Shown: one piece after another, positions 59,958 through 64,000 of the stretch | Numbering within the stretch: position 1 is the stretch's first letter | Layout of the letters: every line of letters starts with the position of its first letter | Source: a bacterium | GTDB lineage: Bacteria; Hinthialibacterota; Hinthialibacteria; Hinthialibacterales; Hinthialibacteraceae | Length of the DNA: 64,000 nt | NCBI GenBank assembly: GCA_963662285.2 | Contig: CAXXMV010000008.1 | Coordinates: 768,001 to 832,000, forward strand | Reading direction: 5' to 3' | Notes under the pieces: generated by a model | Databases searched by the model: none | What the model saw: only the letters and a program-made list of their open reading frames with translations | What the model was told of the DNA's origin: nothing | Position numbers and translations under genes: made by a program

Positions 59958-61067
59958 TCAATCATTCTCAAGGTTTGCGCTATACAGACCAATCGAATCG
60001 GTTCCGGTGAACAGACCCTTGGCGTTGAGTTTGAACTCGTCCGGACTGGAAGAGGCGTAGAGGGCTTCATCGAAGGTTATGACTTCCTGCTTAAATAGAT
60101 CAAGCAGCGCCTGGTTAAAAGTCTGCATGCCGATTTCCCTGCCCTTTTGCATCAATTCGCGCATTTTCCACAGTTCGCCTTCGTTCAGGGCTTTTCTGAT
60201 GGTGGATGTTGTACGCAGAATCTCCAGCGCGGGGATGCGGCCCGTCAGGTCGGCGCGGCGTAACAAACGCATGGAGATGATGCCTTCCAGACAGAGAGAC
60301 AATTCCTGACGCACCTGGGTTTTAAGGTGATCGGGAAAATAGTTGATGATACGGTCCAGGGTATGAAACACATCAACCGTATGCAGAGTGGTCAATACAA
60401 GGTGTCCGGTCTCCGCAGCGGATATGGCGGTCATCATGGTTTCCTGGTCGCGCATTTCGCCGATCAGAATAACATCGGGGCTTTGACGAACCACATGCCG
60501 TAGGGCGTCATTAAAAGTCAGGGTATCAAAGCCTACCTCGCGCTGGTTTATCAGCGATTTTTTGTCAACATGAATAAACTCGATGGGGTCTTCAATGGTG
60601 ATGATATGGCGGTTCAAATTAGTGTTGATATGATGAATCATGGCCGCCAAAGTAGTTGATTTTCCGCTTCCGGTGGCGCCGGTAATAACTATCAATCCGC
60701 GCGGCAGTTCAGCCATCTCCTTCATAACCGGTGGAAGATGCAGACGTGAGAAGGTCAGGTCAGAATCGGAGATATGACGCGCCACTATGCCAATATGGCC
60801 TTGTTGGCGAAACATGTTTATACGGTAACGCTCTCCAGTGGGAAGATTATAAGCAAAATCCAGTTCGGGGCGTTCATCAAACTTTTTTAACTGATAATCA
60901 GTCAATAAAACCTTGGACGCCTCCACCATATCCTCTTCACGTATCGGAGAACTATCCAACCGCAAAACATCGCCATGGATGCGCGTTGAAGGGGGGATGC
61001 CGACTTTTAAGTATAAATCCGACGCTTTTGTTCCTACCATACTATGCAATAGTTCAAGAATTTTCAT
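59958..61067 (-). CDS. pilT: PilT/PilU-family type IV pilus retraction ATPase
   Basis: ASDLYL, GATGSGKSTT, TIEDPIE, PDVILIGEMRD, AETGHLV.TTLH, GMQT. Confidence 0.88.
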   Translation of the reverse strand: MKILELLHSMVGTKASDLYLKVGIPPSTRIHGDVLRLDSSPIREEDMVEASKVLLTDYQLKKFDERPELDFAYNLPTGERYRINMFRQQGHIGIVARHISDSDLTFSRLHLPPVMKEMAELPRGLIVITGATGSGKSTTLAAMIHHINTNLNRHIITIEDPIEFIHVDKKSLINQREVGFDTLTFNDALRHVVRQSPDVILIGEMRDQETMMTAISAAETGHLVLTTLHTVDVFHTLDRIINYFPDHLKTQVRQELSLCLEGIISMRLLRRADLTGRIPALEILRTTSTIRKALNEGELWKMRELMQKGREIGMQTFNQALLDLFKQEVITFDEALYASSSPDEFKLNAKGLFTGTDSIGLYSANLEND

Positions 61068-61180
61068 TTCCCGCTCCCGCTTTATCGCAACACCCATTAA
61101 AACGACCAACAACATAAAAAGGTTTAGAGCGATTATCAAAAATATCTTCGATCATTATCCCGTTTGGTAGTCGAAAAAGT

Positions 61181-61343
61181 GGGTGCCAAGGGCAAGACCG
61201 CTATGCGGTCAGCCCTTGATAAGGCCTACGATCAACCGATAAACTCAAACCTTCCAATAATCTTATCATCGATTGAGAAGTATGCAAAATCGAAAGTGAT
61301 AGCATCAAGGGCTGACCGCTATGCGGTCTTGCCCTTGGCGCCC
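61181..61343. repeat. REP doublet (REPIN-like) downstream of RAYT
   Basis: GGGTGCCAAGGGCAAGACCGCTATGCGGTCAGCCCTTGAT and its inverted copy; partial third REP at 61350-61371. Confidence 0.88.
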
Positions 61344-61395
61344 TTCCTTCGCAATGCGGTCAGCCCTTGATAAGGCCTACGACCAACCTATAAAC

Positions 61396-61953
61396 TCAAA
61401 CCTTCCAATAATCCCACCATCGATCAACTCGAAATACACTATCATCATTCATTTCATAATTTATATAACTACTGTATTCCCACTCCTCTGGAGATTCAAC
61501 CAATTCTCTCCTCACGGGATTCATATGACAATAGTTCAATTTCTCTTTAAGCTTATTATGGGTGAATACATTGAAATCATAAAATCGAGTTTTCCACAAT
61601 GCGTTCTCATCCATACCTTTCTCTCTTAAAACCTTCAGCAAACTTATTGCCGTATACCATTTCAAACACCCCATCGTTTGTGATATGGATTGATCGGAAC
61701 CAGGAACAATCAGAAAATGTGAGTGTTCCGGCATTAAAACATAACCAATAATTAGAAATCCCGTTCGGCATCGGATTTCATCAATCGAATCCATGATTAT
61801 TTTTCTTGTCCAGGATTTTGAAAAGAAAGGCTTATGACCAATACACGAAGTTGTTACAAAATGGATATGCCCTGATTCATTGACTCTAATTGGGTGGAGT
61901 CTGTTTTTGAATTGTGAATCCTTATGCGATGAATCATGGCGTAATTGACTCAT
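61396..61953 (-). CDS. REP-associated tyrosine transposase (RAYT, Y1 HUH family)
   Basis: HFVTTS, YVLMPEHSHFLI (HUH), W..RFYD, YCHMNPVRRELV..PEEWEYSS; flanked by REPs. Confidence 0.9.
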   Translation of the reverse strand: MSQLRHDSSHKDSQFKNRLHPIRVNESGHIHFVTTSCIGHKPFFSKSWTRKIIMDSIDEIRCRTGFLIIGYVLMPEHSHFLIVPGSDQSISQTMGCLKWYTAISLLKVLREKGMDENALWKTRFYDFNVFTHNKLKEKLNYCHMNPVRRELVESPEEWEYSSYINYEMNDDSVFRVDRWWDYWKV

Positions 61954-62057
61954 TTTTTTTATAACAGAAAGAAGATTATGATCAAATTATATATTCAAAA
62001 CTATTATATCTTTTTTTTATATTGCTAATCAAAATATCAAAAAAGAGCACAAAAAAA

Positions 62058-62318
62058 GGGTGCCAAGGGCAAGACCGCAATGCGGTCAGCCCTTGATAAG
62101 GCCTACGACCAACCTATCAACTCATACCTTCCAATAATCCCACCAGCGATCAGCTCATATCTATGTCCATTCGGAGGAATCATCACGTTCACTTTCAATG
62201 ATAAAAAATCACTGCTTAAGTTCATTATATTGAGGTGAAATTAGACCTATACGAGTATTCAAAATCGAAAGTGATAGCATCAAGGGCTGACCGCTATGCG
62301 GTCTTGCCCTTGGCGCCC
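62058..62318. repeat. REP doublet (REPIN-like) upstream of RAYT
   Basis: Same inverted 40-bp REP pair with a longer spacer. Confidence 0.88.
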
Positions 62319-62355
62319 AATTTACTTGACACTCGCACCCGATCCTTTGACGCCC

Positions 62356-63705
62356 CTAACCAATCTCACTCAACATACATTGTCTCAAAACATCCATCCC
62401 CTCCAACAGCGCTTCTTCGGTTATACACAAAGGTGGATTCACTTTAATAGTCCCCCCGCCCACGCCGACTGGAGCGAACAGCATCAGACCATTCTCGACG
62501 CACCGCTTGACAATCCGTCCCGCCAGCGGTTTGTCTGCGTCGGTGGTTCCCGGTTTCACGAATTGCATTGCCGCGACCAGACCTTTGCCGTCGACCGCTC
62601 CGATGCAGCCTTGCGAAACATCCATGAGTTCCTTGCAACGTTGCAACAGAGGCGCTTCCAGTTTAGCGGCGTTCTCAACCAGGTTCTCGCTCTCGATGAC
62701 GTCTATGCTGGCCAACGCGGCGGTGCAGCAGATCGGGTTGCCTGAATGGGTGCTGGTCATCTCGCCTGGACCATACTGATCCATCACATCAGACCTGCCG
62801 ATAACTGCTGATAAAGGCAGCCCGCTGCTGATTCCCTTGCCGCAGCAGATCACATCCGCGTCAACGCCGTAATGTTCAAAGCCGAACCATTTACCGCAGC
62901 GCCCGAATCCCGCCTGCACTTCATCGAAGATGAGCAGCGCATCATGCTTGGTGCACCACTCGCGCAAACGCTTTACATATTCCAACGGCATAAACGCGGC
63001 ATTGGCGCCGGGATATGTCTCAACCATCACGCCAGCCGCCTGTTCGCCGGATACATTCTTCTTTTCCAACGATTGTAAAAATAGATCAAACGATTTATCC
63101 GTAACCCGGAATCCATCAGGATAAGGAACATGAACCATATTGGGATCAAGATTGACGATCCACTCTTTTTGCGCCTGGAAGCCGCCCGCCATCTGTGATC
63201 CCAGCGTCCTGCCGTGAAAATGGTTCTCAAAACCAACGATAGTAATTTTATCGTCGCCGCCTTTACTCCTGCCATGAGTGCGCGCCAGTTTGACGGCGCA
63301 TTCAGTCGACTCGGCGCCAGTGGTGAGCAGAAATACTTTCTCCAATGGATCCGGCGCCAGGGCTGATAGTTTCTTGACCAGTTCCAGGCGCGGTTGGTTT
63401 AGGAAGCAATAACTATGCAACAATCCCCTATCGATCTGCTTTTTTAATTCGTCGCGCATCTTCTGGCGGCCATGTCCGGCGTTGGCGACCAGCACGCCGC
63501 TGGAAAAATCAATCCACTGGTTGCCGAAAGCGTCCCAGACCAAAAACCCTTCAGCCCTATCCCACATAACCTGGGGCTGCCCGCCCATAGAGCGGGGTTC
63601 ATACTTTGCCAGTTCAGCGTAAATCGCTTCAGTCTCTGGAACCGGAATGTTAGTTGCTATTTTTCGATATTTCGTTTCGATAAGTGCATCATTATTCTGC
63701 GTCAT
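62356..63705 (-). CDS. Class III PLP aminotransferase (GabT/ArgD-like)
   Basis: IDFSSG, TGAESTE, FHGRT, FDEVQAGFGRCG, GKGISSGLP. Confidence 0.9.
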   Translation of the reverse strand: MTQNNDALIETKYRKIATNIPVPETEAIYAELAKYEPRSMGGQPQVMWDRAEGFLVWDAFGNQWIDFSSGVLVANAGHGRQKMRDELKKQIDRGLLHSYCFLNQPRLELVKKLSALAPDPLEKVFLLTTGAESTECAVKLARTHGRSKGGDDKITIVGFENHFHGRTLGSQMAGGFQAQKEWIVNLDPNMVHVPYPDGFRVTDKSFDLFLQSLEKKNVSGEQAAGVMVETYPGANAAFMPLEYVKRLREWCTKHDALLIFDEVQAGFGRCGKWFGFEHYGVDADVICCGKGISSGLPLSAVIGRSDVMDQYGPGEMTSTHSGNPICCTAALASIDVIESENLVENAAKLEAPLLQRCKELMDVSQGCIGAVDGKGLVAAMQFVKPGTTDADKPLAGRIVKRCVENGLMLFAPVGVGGGTIKVNPPLCITEEALLEGMDVLRQCMLSEIG

Positions 63706-63734
63706 TGATTTCTCCATAACATATATCACGATTA

Positions 63735-64000
63735 TCAAATATTCCTGGTTTGATTCTCATAAATAATGGTTTTTATATTGGCTCGATTTGGATCGATGAT
63801 AATAATTCTGTTTTCATCAAACCGGGCGGTAACCGGACACCCTTTACCTGCATTAAGCGAATCATAATTACGCTGAGCAACCTCGGCGGCGGCTTCCATG
63901 ATCATAGTGATATTGCGCTGTGATCTTACATGAGGGTACGATCCACTAAGAGTCTGGGAAATTTCATCAAAGAATTTCACTCTAGCGATGGCCAACACGC
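63735..64000 (-). CDS. Hypothetical protein, C-terminal part (starts beyond window)
   Basis: Open frame to the window edge, directly upstream of the aminotransferase. Confidence 0.45.
   Translation of the reverse strand, partial: VLAIARVKFFDEISQTLSGSYPHVRSQRNITMIMEAAAEVAQRNYDSLNAGKGCPVTARFDENRIIIIDPNRANIKTIIYENQTRNI

Noticed and set aside
61181-62318. CRISPR array around the RAYT
   Set aside because: Repeats alternate in orientation with irregular spacing, typical of REP doublets.
61164-62745. Plus-strand ORFs 61164, 61321, 62235, 62296
   Set aside because: Translations of REP sequence, or antisense to the RAYT and aminotransferase.

Overview
A 64-kb bacterial chromosomal segment. The lineage is inferred only, from its prepilin family and a C-terminal W-x-L-F tail: possibly Hinthialibacterota/Sumerlaeota or PVC-like. 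Positions 1-5.3 kb are the right end of a decaying integrative element in tRNA-Arg(TCG), with integrase, excisionase-like HTH, phage-like pseudogene, truncated IS21 and RyR-domain + NUDIX cargo. Next come a sugar oxidoreductase/AraC locus, an EctR-like MarR + methyltransferase + osmoprotectant ABC operon with two visible operators, pabB-pabC, a GH38 mannosidase and an IS481. A housekeeping block follows (ispE, ispD, rpsT, rpsR, ssb, rpsF, hppA, pth, rplY, short glmU), then a four-module toxin-antitoxin array, truA, four type IV pilin-like genes, heparinase II/III, pilT/U and a REP-associated tyrosine transposase (RAYT). The most unusual signal is the repeat biology. REP doublets have spacers made of the RAYT gene's own 3' end. 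A REP-bounded 282-bp duplication carries a codon-diverged copy of a host gene tail. An octamer array is fused to a REP. Palindromic repeats are repeatedly used as landing pads by nested IS/MITE elements. All product calls come from motif recognition; no searches were run.
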